A stretch of 64,000 nt of DNA from the human T2T-CHM13v2.0 reference genome, Homo sapiens, in the NCBI RefSeq assembly GCF_009914755.1, contig NC_060929.1; one strand, given 5' to 3'. This document shows positions 1 to 13,405 of the stretch, one piece after another. The first letter of the stretch is position 1, and every line of letters begins with the position of its first letter. The notes below the pieces were generated by a model, which did no database searches, was not told the origin of the DNA, and worked only from the letters and a program-made list of their open reading frames with translations. The position numbers and the translations under genes were made by a program.

Positions 1-99
1 CTACATTTAGGATCACCAAAATCTAGCATATTAACTTCCATGCCTCAATATCACATAAGTCCAGAGGTTATGGATTACATAATCTTTATTCATTCTACT

Positions 100-218
100 T
101 TCTTCTTTATTTTTCTCTCTGTCTTCCCTCCCTCACACTTCATCCTCCTCACCCTTCCTCTTCCTCTTCTCTATTCTCCTCCTGCTCCCTTTCATCTTCC
201 TTCTCCTCCTCTTCTTTT
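100..218. repeat. CT-rich low-complexity tract
   Basis: Pyrimidine-rich (CCT/CTT)n-like run; explains the spurious 40..261 ORF. Confidence 0.7.
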
Positions 219-832
219 TAAAAGGCTTCCAAGCCTAAATGTGGTTAGCCTACAGAAATGAAACCACCTCAGCCATCTCTGGATGACAAACTGCCAATAC
301 ATTTACTTTGGGAGATTTGGAGGAGGAAACACGAGCAGGTGGTGTATTCACTAAGAAAGTGAGGAGTAGCAAGAATTCATGTTATGTAATAGAATTCAGT
401 TACTTGGCATTTTTTCTTGTTGTTGATAATTACATGACCGATGTTTTTGCAAAAAGAAACTCACCCATATCAATTTTTTTGTCTTTGGCTTTTTCTCTCA
501 CTAAAAATGTCCATAATATAAGTAAGATATCTAAAAGTCAAACCACATTTTAATTGGGTGAATTTTTAAAAAACTGACAGCTTTTTCTGCACTTGCTTCT
601 TGACGTTAACCTCTCTTGCCACATCTTTTTCTCTTGTATTTGTAGCTATATTAGAGAGGGAGGCTGCATTCCTCGTTATTGAGTTTTTCTGCCCATTCCT
701 TGTCAGAAGTTCTTTTTGATCTCTTCCCACCCTACACTGCATGGAATAATTGATGAGGGTTCAAAACAAATAGCAATTATGGGAGTCCTAATATTATATC
801 TTCTTTAGAACTTCTTTGACTTTTCTGTAATA

Positions 833-1422
833 CAGCAGGTCTTTGAATAACGTGAATTTATTCAGCGTCATTTCTTTATGACATTGACAAGAAAAAAAAT
901 GGATTCCTGGCTGGGGCCACTGTGTGTATGCAGTGCGCGTGGTCTCCCCACGTCTGCACAGGTTTTCTGTAGGTACTCCAGTTTCCCCCTACATCCCAAA
1001 GCTGTGCACGTGGGGTGACCTGGCATGGCTACCTCGTCCCAGTCTGAGTGAGTGGGGTTGTGTATGAGGGCATCTTGCAATGGAATGGCAATCCTGTCCA
1101 GGGCTGGTTCCTGTCTGACACCCTGAGTTTCTAAGAGACACTCTGGCCACCTGTCTCCTTGAACCAGCATAAGTGGGTAAATAATAATCTTACTGGTTTT
1201 TATTAATCTTTCTTAAACATATGAAGCTCATGAGTATTTTAGTGTTTAATATTAGAAGTATTTTGGTCTTTATTTAGAATTTTGATGATGATTTGTTACC
1301 AGAAATATGCCATAAGAGCCTAACTCTTAGTTATATCAATTAGCCTACTAAAATTGATTTCATTATATGTCATTTTGATTAAAGTTGCAATTTCCAATAC
1401 AATGTTAAATGAGGACTTTCTC
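833..1422 (+). mobile_element. MER6/MER6A-like Tc1-mariner (Tigger group) non-autonomous DNA transposon
   Basis: TA-flanked termini cagcaggtctttgaataacgt (833) and atgttaaatgaggactttctc (1422) form degenerate TIRs. The internal ggggccactgtgtgtatg...tctccccacgtctgcac...tactccagtttccccctacatcccaaag matches the remembered MER6 body. Confidence 0.75.
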
Positions 1423-3071
1423 TACCCTTGCCCCAGATTGCACCCTAAAAGTCAGACTTAACCTCATGTAAATTTTGAAAGGAATGAAAATTTGTCCCCT
1501 CCCCACCTCCCTTATCAGCCCCCCTTTTATTTCCCATTTCTGGAATCACTGTCTCTTTCACTATGCTTAGCTCTTCGATCTACGAGTTCCTGCACCCCCT
1601 ACCTGCTGACTGCTCCTAAGATGTTAACAGGTAACTTGGTGTAATTGAAATAAAGTGTGAGGTGTGATCCCTTCAGTCTCTGATGATCATCATGGTAATA
1701 GGGGGCTCCTCATTTCCAAAAGCTTTGAAGACTCAAAGAAAAGCAGCTTTTACAATGAATTGATAAGCATTGGGTTTCTATTTTCAAAGATTTTTTACAT
1801 AATGGTGGCCTATTCTGGTTATAAGCAACTGTCCTTTTAAATACTCATGCATTTTCCACCTGCACTACAAGTGAACAGAGTGATTTCCTCTTTTACACTT
1901 TGTGTGCAGTTTTATATACACACATGCACACAAACATTTATATTCATGTATCAAAGAATATGGTGTGGAAATTTCTAGTAGCTAGTATGGAAAAGCAAAT
2001 ACAGATTTTTCTTTGGACTTGACTTCCTAATACAGAATATTTCCACCTTTTGACAGACAAATTATGTGTATTCATACCCAGCAGACTTGTCCTCATAAAC
2101 CTTTTGTCAGAATAAAAATTCTACCTTGACTGATGACGTAAAGGTACTTTCAAAGTAACAGAAGTTAATATAATTATTGGTTGTCACATCATCACTATTT
2201 TAGCATACATTACAATCATTAATTTCCTAGGAGCTATTAAAATCTTACCCTGTCTTTGAAGATTCCCCAAGTGTCTTTAATAGAAATTATTTGGTGAGCT
2301 TAGCGGGAATTTAATCTGAAATGAGATCCATCTGGCAGAGATATCAAATTAATAGTACTTGAACATTGAGTTCTACTTTTCAAAACTGATTAGGTACAAC
2401 TGTATCAAATGTCTTAACAAATATAGATGTGTTTTTATTATAATTTCATCATAGGTTGCCTTTCTCACATCTGGATGGTTGAGAATGAAAACTTGTGCAG
2501 ACCTGTTATCAACTTGGTGAAATAGAGTAGATAATAACTAAGTAAGAAAATGGAAGTTAACTTCATGCTTCATTTAAATGTCTGCATCTCTTTTTGATAC
2601 AGCTTGATCTAGTCTTCTCAAACTTTTAGAGGATTTGATAATTCAGTAACATGCTCAAGTAAGATACTTAAAAATGTAGAATAGAAACTACCAGTAGCCA
2701 GAAGAAAATATAGGACTTACTTCGGATTTGGCTTCCTAATACCATTCAAAATAGCATGATTGAAATGTCTACATTAGTATTACACAAATTCAGCAGTCTC
2801 TCAGGAGGTACATAATTCAAAGGCAAACGTTTTCCTCCTTGAGGATTTGACATAGTAAGGACAATGCTCTCCTAAACTGTGGAATTTCCTAGATAAAGTT
2901 TGTGGGCATCAATTCTATGCTTTCTATAAAAGATCTTCAAATTCACTTAACATTTGTAATCTCCATGGAAGCCTTAAAATCCTCTAACAACTAAATCTGT
3001 ATTTCTTCCTAGAGGACATAGATAGATGATACCCGCCAAAAATGGGCAACCACAGATTCTTTGTATTCAGA

Positions 3072-3109
3072 ATGTGCACACGCGTGCGCGTGCACACACA
3101 CACACACAC
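3072..3109. repeat. Mixed (CG/CA)n alternating purine-pyrimidine microsatellite
   Basis: atgtgcacacgcgtgcgcgtgcacacacacacacacac read directly. Confidence 0.85.
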
Positions 3110-5178
3110 CTAGCTCTCCAACATTGCAATGAAGGGTTGTAAACACCATGGAGACAGGAAATCCATATCCAAGTAGTGCTGCCTAGGTTTCATGTTTTAA
3201 AACAGAGTTTGGCAACAATGAGTTTAATCTATAAAGACGTGTACAAGACTGTCATGATAAAATGTAGGTTTTTCACGTAGCCTATTCTTTGGTTTCAAGA
3301 AGTGTCCTTCATTCTCAAAATTAGGGCTTCCTACGTCTTTCAGTGTAATTTTATTTTCTTATGTGAAATAATAGCCGGAGAAGATAGTAGTGTTTGTTTG
3401 TATGTTCTTACTTGCAAGAACAAAAAAGAAAATTTGCAACTTTAATTGACATCAAATTTGCTTTTGGAATATTACTAGCTGGTAAAATCCAGGAGTCTAG
3501 AAAAAATGCTGCCCAACATGGGACACACACTCCCTTCACTCTGGTTTTAGAAGCCATTTCATAGAAATTCAACTTTATAATCTTGCTTTGGCCATTCAGA
3601 GAAGCTCCTCCCCCCACCCCCATAGAAGCTAAAAAGTTAATCAAGAGAGATTGCAACTATAGCGTACTTTTAGCTTATTTCATGGAGGATATACATGACT
3701 GAAATTCTGCTAAGATATCAGATTTTTTTACCTCTAATTTCATATTTCTTACGAAATTGGTAATGTGATTTTCATTGAAATGAAAATACTACATGAATTA
3801 TGTCTATGGTATAGACTTTTTAGTAATCCAGTAAAAAGATTATGAAATGGTAAATATTTTTATTACATGTTTAAAAGGGTGCCAATAAAAAATTAAAAAT
3901 GTGAACAGATGAAGTTCAAAAGACCAATGACAGTTTAAATTGAATCTAACATATCAAAAGGTCATTACGTTTCCGGTAAGCACTCCAGTGGAGCAAAAAC
4001 CTGCCATTCTCTAGTGGTTATGTTAACCTTAAAAATGAACATCTAAGTTTGTATTAAGAAGAGAAAACTCTGAAACACTGCAGAGACAGCACTTCAAAAT
4101 GTCACTGTAAATGTTAAAACAGAAATGCACATTTTGGAGAATACACACAGAAAATGAACACAGTTGTGGATTGCATGGTTGAGAAATCTTTCAAAAATGT
4201 TTATAAAACCAGTTGATCGATTTAGTACAGACATACTTCAGAGACATTGTGAGTTTGACTCCAGACCATCACAATAAAGTGAATGTTGCAAAGTGAGTTA
4301 CATGGTTTTTTGGTTTCCTAGTGCACATAAAAGTAGTGTTTATCCTATACTGTAGTCTACTATTAAGTGTGCAATAGCAGTATGTCTAAAACAATATATC
4401 CATTCCTTAATTTAAAATTTATCTTGCTGAAAAATGCTAACAATCATCTGAGCCTTCAGTGACTCATAATCTTTTTGCTGGTGTAAAGTCTTGCCTCAGT
4501 GTTGTTGGCTGCTGACTGATCAGGGTGTTGCTTGCTGAAGGTTGAGGTGGCTGTGGCAATTTCTTGACATAAGATGACAATGAAGTTTGCTGCATCAATT
4601 GAGTCTTCCTTTCATGAATGATTTCTCTATAACATGTGGTCTTTGATGACATTCTACCCACGGTAGAAATTGTTTCAAAATTGGAGTCAATCCTCTCAGA
4701 CCTTGCCACTGCTTCATCAAGTAAGTTGATGCAACATTCTAAACAAAATCCTCTGTTGTCATTTCAATAACATTCACAGCATCTTCACCAGAAGTAGTCT
4801 GTTTTAAGAAACCATTTTCTTTGCTCATCCACAAGAAGAAGCTCCTCATTCTTTCAAGATTTATCATGAGATTGCAGCAATTCATTCGCATCTTTAGGAT
4901 CCACTTCTAATTCTAGATCTTTTGCTATTTCCACCACATCTTTAGTTACTTCCTCCACTGAAGTCTTGAACAGCTCAAAATCATCCATGAACGTTGGAAT
5001 TAACTTTTTCCAAACTCCTGCTAATGTTGATATTTTGACCTCCTCCCATGAATCATGAAAGTTCTGAATGGCATCTAGAATGGTAAATCCTTTCCAGAAG
5101 GCTTTCAATTTACTTTGTCCAGATCCATCACAGGAATCGCTATCTATAATAGCTTTAGCCTTACAAAATGTACTTATT

Positions 5179-5807
5179 TTAAAACTTTTTTTATTTCAAT
5201 AGCTTTTGGGGTACAAGTGGGTTTTGGTGACATGAATGACTTGTATAGTGGTGAAATCTGGGATTTTAGTGCACTCATCACCAGAGTAGTGTACATTGTA
5301 TTCAATATGTAGTTTTATCTCTCACCCTGCTTCCACCCTCCCCATTCTGAGTCTCTAAAGTCCATTATAGCACTCTGTATGCCTTTGCATACCCATAGCC
5401 TAGCCCCCACTTAAGTATAAGTGAGATCAGATGGCATTTGGTTTTCTATTTCTGAGTTACTTCACTTAGAATAATGGCCTCAGCTGCATCAAAGTTGCTG
5501 CAAAATACATTATTTTGTTTTTTTAATGGCTGAGTAGGTATTCCATGGTGCATATATACATTCCCGCTCATTAGTCAATGGGCATTTAGGTTGGTTCCAT
5601 ATCTTTGCAATTATGAACTGGGTTGCAATAAAAATATGTGTGCAGGTGTCTTTTTGATATAATGACTTCTTTTCCTTTGGGTAGATACCCAGTAGTGGGA
5701 TTGCTGGATCAAATGGTATATCTACTTTTAGTTCTTTAACAAATCTCCATATTGCTTTCCATAGAAGTTGTGCTAGTTTACATTCTACCATCAGTGTATA
5801 AACATTC
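5179..5807 (-). mobile_element. L1PB-type 3' fragment inserted in Tigger1
   Basis: L1 3'UTR and ORF2 C-terminus ([13 protein letters not shown]...WNQPKCP). Duplicated target cttacaaaatgta at ~5160 and ~5810. Confidence 0.88.
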
Positions 5808-5828
5808 ATCTTACAAAATGTATTTCTT

Positions 5829-5934
5829 TCTTTCTTTTTTTTTTTTTTTTTGAGACGGAGTCTCGCTCTGTCACCCAGGCTGGAGTGCAGTGGTGTGATC
5901 TCGGCTCACTGCAAGCTCCGCCTCCCGGGTTCAC
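5829..5934 (-). mobile_element. 5'-truncated AluY fragment (right-arm end plus tail)
   Basis: Poly-T followed by gagacggagtctcgctctgtcacccaggctggag...cactgcaagctccgcctcccgggttcac; the gcaagctcc site is AluY-type. Confidence 0.9.
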
Positions 5935-6871
5935 TTGGTGTAGCACTTTTAATTTCCTTCAAGAACTTTTCCTTTACATTTACGAAGTGGCTAACTGACA
6001 ACAAGAGGCCTAGATTTCTTTCTACCTCAGCTTTAGATATGTCTTTCTCACTAAGGTTAATCATTTCTAGCTTTTGACTTAAAATGAGAGTGTGTCTCGT
6101 CCTTTTATTTGACTCCTTTTTATTTGAACTCTTATGGGTAATTAATTGGCCTAATTTTAACATTATTGTGTCTCAGGGAATAGGGAGGCCTAAGATGAAG
6201 GAGAGAAATTGAGAAAAACCTGACCTGTGGAAAACACACACAACATTTATCAATTAAGTCTGCCGTCTTATATGGGTGTGGTTTGCGGTGCCCCAATATA
6301 ATTACAATGGTAACATCAAAAATCCCTGATTACAGTTCACCAAAAGAGATATCACACTAATAATAATAAAGTTTGAAATGTTGTGAGAATTACCACAATG
6401 TGACACAGACACACAATGTAAACGTGCTGTTGAAAAAACAGTACCTGTAGACTTTGCTCAGTGCAGGTTTGCCACAAACCTTCAACTTGTGAAAAATGCA
6501 ATGTCTGCAAAGCACAATAAAGCAAAGCATCATAAGCAGGTATACCTGTATTCCTCTACTGTAAGTTTTAGCATTCAGTAAAACTTGAGTTAAGTAAAAC
6601 ACACCTGGGAGTCTTGATTAATCAGATATTTTTTCTCTCTTAGAAGGAACACTGGAATGATGAAAAAATAGACTTACAGTAGGGAGAAAAATAAAAAGTA
6701 ACTTTTATTTTACGTGTTTTATGGCCATCAAAGAATCAGCCTAAACTTCTATATATTCCGTAGCTCTACTTGTACTATTGTGTAGTTCAACAGCCAGCCT
6801 CCAATAGCTGCTGCTTCTCCAAGTGGGTGGTGTGTGGGAAGGGGCAGGGCCAATGAGCCTATGGAATCTTT

Positions 6872-7488
6872 TTTTTTTCTTTTTTTTATTTTATTATTAT
6901 TATACTTTAAGTTTTAGGGTACATGTGCACAATGTGCAGGTTAGTTACATAGGTATACATGTGCCATGCTGGTGTGCTGTACCCATTAACTCGTCATTTA
7001 GCATTAGGTATATCTCTTAATGCTATCCCTCCCTCCTACCCCCACCCCACAACAGTCCGCAGAGTGTGATGTTCCCCTTCCTGTGTCCGTGTGTTCTCAT
7101 TGTTCAATTCCCACCTATGAGTGAGAACATGCAGTGTTTGGTTTTTTGTCCTTGCAATAGTTCACTGAGAATGATGATTTCCAATTTCATCCATGTCCCT
7201 ACAAAGGACATGAACTCATCATTTTTTATGGCTGCATAGTATTCCATGGTGTATATGTGCCACATTTTCTTAATCCAGTCTATCATTGTTGGACATTTGG
7301 GTTGGTTCCAAGTCTTTGCTATTGTGAATAGTGCCGCAATAAACATACGTGTGCATGTGTCTTTATAGCAGCATAATTTATAGTCCTTTAGTATATACCC
7401 AGTAATGGGATGACTGGGTCAAATGGTATTTCTAGTTCTAGATCCCTGAGGAATCGCCACACTGACTTCCACAATGTTTGAACTAGTT
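6872..7488 (-). mobile_element. Young primate L1PA 3' fragment
   Basis: Canonical tail ttattatactttaagttttagggtacatgtgcac and ORF2 C-terminus MFIAALFTIAKTWNQPKCP. TSD tatggaa(t/c)cttt at 6860-6871 and 7489-7500. Confidence 0.92.
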
Positions 7489-7899
7489 TATGGAACCTTT
7501 AGAGCTGTGATGTGCACTGTGATCAAGGCTGTGAAGGCTACAAAAGAAGTAAAGATAAGACTTCTGAGCTTGAGAGATTGTTGATTTTCCTAAGGGGCTG
7601 CTTCAGATGCCTGAAAAGTTTATTAAATACTTTGATGATCTACAATTAAGTGCTTACTAAACTATGCATTGAGGACACTTCAATAAGTGAAACATGAGTG
7701 TGGCTTGAAGAATCTGGTACAGCTTTGTGAGCCTTGTTTTGAAAGGATCTAAGATGGCCAGCAGATACATATTTATGGAGGGCTTTATAGGTGCATCTGC
7801 CTGGAATACCGTTACAGATCTGGTTATCTTAACTAAAGAAAGATACAGTGGAAAAATTATTAGAAGAAGCTGGGAGGTTAGAAAGTAGTATGAGGAAGG

Positions 7900-9165
7900 A
7901 CTCATCTATTTCATCTTGAAGGAGCTTTGGTCGTTTGTAACTTTCAAGAAATTTATTTACATCATTAAATTTATTGGTATAAAAGTTTTCAAAAGGTTTT
8001 ATTTTTGCTTTCAATGTCTGACAGAGCTGTAGTGATGTCTTCTCTACATTCCTATCACTAGTAACTTGTGTCTTATTTTCTTTATAAGTATAGTTAGGAT
8101 TTTATCTTTTCAAATAACGACATTTGATTTTTAAAATTGTTTCTATTGGGTTTCTTTTATCAATTTCCTTGATTTACACTCTTCTTTGTTTTCCTCATGC
8201 TACTTTGTGTTTAATTTGTTTTTTTTTTTAGCTGCTTAAATTGAAGGCTGATATCATTGATTTTATACCTTTATTCTTTTGTCATATACAATGTGAAATA
8301 ATAAATTTCCTCCTCAACACGGCTGTATTAGTCTATTTTCATACTGCTATAAAGAACTGTCTGAGACTGGGTAATTTATAAAGGAAAGAGGTTTAATTGA
8401 CTCACAGTTCAGCATGGCTGGGGAGGCCTCAGGAAACTTACAATCATGGCAGAAGGCAAAGGGGAAGCTGGGACCTTCTTCACAAGGCAGCAGGAAGGAG
8501 AAGCGCTGAGCAAAGGGGAAAAGCCCCTTATAAAACCACTGGATCTCATAAGAACACACTCGCTAACTTGAGAACAGCATGGGGGAAACCACCTCCATGA
8601 TTCAATTACCTCCACCTGGTCTCTTCCTTGACACCTGGTGATTATGGGGATTATGAAATTACAATTCAAGATGATATTTGGATAGGGACACAAAGCCTAA
8701 CCATATCAATGGTTTAAATGGTTTCTGACAAATTTTGCTTTGCTATGTTTTTATTATCATTTAATTTAAAATTTTTCTAATTTTACGAGTGATTTCATCT
8801 TTGCCTTATAGGTTATTTAAGGGTGTATGGCTTAATGTACATGTATTTGGGAATTTTCCAGATATATTTCTATTTTCATTTTAATTTAACTCCATTTTGA
8901 TCAGAGAACTCACTCTCCATGATTTCAATTGCTTTACATTTTTTGAGATTTATTGTGTTACCTAAAATATAATCTTTCTTTAAAAATGTTCCCTGTATAC
9001 TTGAATTCATATTGTTGGGTATAGTGTTTTATAAATATTAATTGTGTTAACATTGCCGATATAGTGTTTTTTAAAGTTTTCCATGTCCTTAATAAAGGCT
9101 TTGTTTACTTAGCATATCAAGTACTGAGAGTTAAGTGTTAGGATCTCTAATAATCTTACATAATT
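7900..9165 (-). mobile_element. Old L1M ORF2 relic, part 1 (resumes at ~16770)
   Basis: Degenerate antisense ORF2 sequence (minus ORF 7829-8014: YTNKFNDVNKFLESYKRPKL). It continues collinearly after the L1PB insertion. Confidence 0.7.
8324..8708 (-). mobile_element. THE1C/D MaLR solo LTR
   Basis: tgtattagtctattttcatactgctataaag...aaccatatca; degenerate 5-bp TSD acggc/atggt. Confidence 0.88.
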
Positions 9166-10467
9166 TTAATATTAGAAATTGAGGACAAGATGGCAGATAG
9201 GACACAGGGCTAATGTGCAGCTGCCACTTGGATGGGCAGAACAGTGTGTGGAGACTCGCACTATGAACTTTTGCTCCAAGAACCTCTGCAGGAACATACC
9301 AGGAAAATCAAAATAATTCATAGATCCTTTGAAAGAAGTGGCATGCTGTTGCAAATTCTGTGAGACAGAAAAAACTGTGAGTTCCCAAAGTGAGAGGGGG
9401 AAACCTGCCACTGAACACATATCCCCACTGGGGAATCTGAAAATCCAGATTATGGGAGAAGGATTTAACCTTACTTAGAGCTGAAACAGATTTAGAGAGC
9501 CGTGCATAATATAAAAGTAGAAGCAGCAGTGGAAAGAGCCTTGTAGGTGCTCCCAGTCTCCAGCCTGAGCCCAGGGAAGCCATCCCTGACTGTATCTCAC
9601 AGGGGCCCTCGAGGGAGACAGCCAGCAGAATCAGGGAGGAGTCGCAGGATTAAAGAAGCTTCCAACTGAAATTAGTAATAGTTTTGACAGGGTACAAATT
9701 TTCTTGAGCAGAATCTGGAGGTCATACGTGAACTGCTGCAGATACAAGCACAGGAGCCACCAATGACAGTGTGGGCAGATGGGGATGGGCGATGTTTGGA
9801 AGCTGTGCTTGCTTTCTCAGTGGGGAAGCTCAGGGTCTGGGGCAAGGTCTGAGCAGGGCACTGCAAAAGTGACATGAGCCTTGCCAACTGCCTAGGACCT
9901 AGGTGAGGCCTCTCACTACCAGTTATCCACCACTTCCCTGGTGAACTATATAACATAGCAGAGGCAGCCATAATCCCCTCTGGAAAATAACCCCATTAAC
10001 CTGAGAACCACCTCCCCTTCCCCCTCAGTGGCCACAGCAAGCCCTGCCCAAGAAGAATCTGAGGCCAGACCCACCTAACCCTGCCCCCACCTGGTGGCAT
10101 TTCTTTACCCACCCTGGTAGCTGAACATAAAAGACAGAAACTTTTGGAAGGCTTATAGCCCCACCTATTGCCTGAGAAAACAAAATACTTACCTTGGCCA
10201 ACTTAGGGCAAGTTTAGATATCCCTGCTACTACTGCAGCTGGTGTGCTCTCTTGAAAGTGCCACCTCCTGGCTGGAGGCCAACCAGCTCAGAACATTACA
10301 GAAATTCATTACAGAATAACCATGATCCCAGGAAGAAGGAAACAAGAGCTAATTCTACTGCTTGCAATATCTTGGCTAACCAGAGGTTCCGAGTATGCCC
10401 ACATGACAACTTCACTGCTCACATAACCAGCATTTGAGAAAGCTAGAACACGAAACATATCTACAAC

Positions 10468-10809
10468 TGATATGGTTTGGTTATGTTCCCACCCAAATCT
10501 CACCTTGAATTCCGCCTTGTCGTGGGAGGGACCTGGTGGGAGGTAATTGAATAATGGGGCAGGTCTTTCCTGTGCTGTTCTCATGACAGTGAATAAGTCT
10601 CACAAGATCTGTTGGTTTTATATAGTGTAGTTTCCCTGCACAAGCTCTTTTATCTTGTCTGCCACCATGTGAGATGTGACTTTCACCTTCCACCATGATT
10701 GTGAGGCCTCCTCAGCCATGTGGAACTGTAAGTCCATTAAACCTCTTTCTTTTGTAAAATGCCCAGTCTTGGGTATGTCTTTATCAACAGGATGAAAATG
10801 GCTAATACA
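10468..10809 (+). mobile_element. THE1A/B solo LTR inside the L1PB 5'UTR
   Basis: tgatatggtttgg...ctaataca; TSD acaac/aaaac. Confidence 0.9.
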
Positions 10810-13048
10810 AAAACCAAAGACTCTCAGAGTCTACTTCACTCCCCTCTAACCTCCACCAGAGCAGGTGCTGGTATCCAGGCTGTGAGACCTGAAGACAGAT
10901 TACATCACAGGACACTTTGCAGACAGTCCCCACCATCAACAAGGGGAGCCTGGGAGTCCAGGTTGGTGGCTAGACCCAGAAGAGCAATAACAATTACAGC
11001 AGTTCAGCTCTCAGGAAGCCTCATCCTTAGGGGAAGGGAAGAGACTACATCAAGAGATCATCCTGTAAAACAAAAGAATCTGAACAGCAGGGCTTGAGTT
11101 TCAGACCTTATCACTGAAATAGTCTGTCCAAATGAGAAAGAACCAGAAAAATAATTCTGGTAACATGACAAAACAGGGTTCTATAACACCCCTAAATGAT
11201 CACACTAGCTCCCCAGCAATGGATCCAAACCAAGAAGATCTCTGAATTGACAGATAAAGGATTCAGAAGGTTGATTATTCAGCTACTCAAGGGGATACCA
11301 GAGAAAGGCGAAAACCAACTTAAAATATTTAAAAAAATACAGGATATGGATGAAAACTTCTCCAGAGAAATTGATATCAAAAATTAAAAACAATCACAAC
11401 TTCTGGAAATGAAAGATACACTTAGAGAAATGCAAAATAGACTGGAAAGTTTCAACAGTAGAATTGAACAAGTAGAAGGAACTTCAGAACTCAAAGATAA
11501 GGCTTTCAAATTAACCCAATCAGACAAACACAAAGGAAAAAGAATTTAAAAAATGAACAAAGCCTCCAAGAAGTTTGGGATTATGTTAAACAACCAAAAC
11601 TAAAAATCACTGGTGTTCCTGAGGAAGAAGAGAAATCTAAAAGTTTGGAAAACTTATTTGAGGGAATAACCAAGGAAAACTTCCCAGGCCATGCTAGAGA
11701 TCTAGACATCCAAATACAAGAAACTCAAAGAACACCTGGAAAGTTTATCATGAAAAGATCATCATCTAGGCACTTAGTCATCAGCTTATCTAAAGTCAAG
11801 ACAAAAGAATCTTAAGAGTTGTGACAAAAAAGCATCAGGTAACCTATATAAGAAAACCTATCAGATTAACAGAAGATATCTCAGCAAAAACCCCCAAGTG
11901 AGAAGGGATTGGGGTCCTATCCATAGCCTCCTTAAACAAAACAGTTATCAGCCAAGAATTTTGTATCTAGTGAAAATAGGCTTCAAAAATGAAGAACAGA
12001 TAATGTATTTTTCAGACAAACAAATGCTGAGAAAATTTGCCACTACCAAGCCAGCACTGCAAGAAATGTTAAAAGGAGTTCTAAAATTGAAATAAAACCT
12101 TGAAATACACCAAAATAGAACCTCTTTAAAACACAAATCTCATAGGGCTTATGAAACAATGAAACAATGGGGAAAAAACAAGGTATTAAGGCAACAACTA
12201 ACACAATGAATAGAACAGTACCTCACATCTCAATACTAATATTGAATGTAAATGGCCTAAATGCTCTGCTTAAAAGGTACAGAATGGCAGAATGGATAAA
12301 AATCCACCAACTCAAGTATCTGCTATCTTTAAGAGACTCACCTAACACGTAAGGGCTCACATAAACTTAAGCTAAAGAGGTGGAAAAGATAATCCATGCA
12401 AATGGAAACCAAAAGTGAGCAGGAGTAGCTATTCTTATATCAGACAAAACAGACTTTAAAGCAACAGAAGTTAAAAAAAAAAGGACAAAGAGTTACATTA
12501 TATAACAATAAAAGGATTAGTCCAGCAGGAAAATATTATAATCCTAAATTATGAAATTGGGAGCTCCTAACACTGGAGCTCCCAATTTTATAAAACAATT
12601 GGTACTAGACCTAAGAAATAAGATAGATGACAACACAATAATACTGGGAAATTTCAATACTCTACTGACTGCACTAGACAGGCAATTAAGGCAGAAAGTT
12701 AACAAAGAAACAATAGACTTAAACTATACCCTAGAACAAAATGGACTTAACAGATTTTAACAGGACATTCTACCCAACTGCAGAATGTACATTCTTTTCA
12801 TTGGCACACTTCTTTCATTGGCACACACATAGGTGACTGCTTTTGTGACCTATTATACGGTCATATGGTCTATCTTTGAGAACATTTCCATTGAGAATGG
12901 GAACATTGTCAAATATTCCCATTGAAAATGGGAACATACTCAAAGATAGACCATATGATAGGTGACAAAAGAAGTCTCAATAAATCTAAGAAAACTGAAA
13001 TTATTTCAAGTGTCCTCTCAGGCTATAGTGGAATAATGCAGAAAATTA

Positions 13049-13405
<357 letters not shown>

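Larger units (their letters stand above)
4228..6548 (-). mobile_element. Tigger1 DNA transposon, decayed, interrupted by L1 and Alu and internally deleted
   Basis: TA-flanked TIRs (ta|cagacatac at 4228; gtatacctg|ta at 6548). Minus-strand ORF fragments 4464-4709, 4854-5108 ([19 protein letters not shown]) and 5906-6163 ([16 protein letters not shown]) are Tigger1 transposase-like. Confidence 0.92.

Noticed and set aside
1430-4220. Repeat-poor unique stretch as a possible conserved enhancer or lncRNA exon
   Set aside because: No sequence-intrinsic evidence; conservation and chromatin data would be needed.
4464-6163. Domesticated Tigger transposase gene (TIGD1-like)
   Set aside because: Fragmented reading frames, central deletion, and L1 and Alu insertions.
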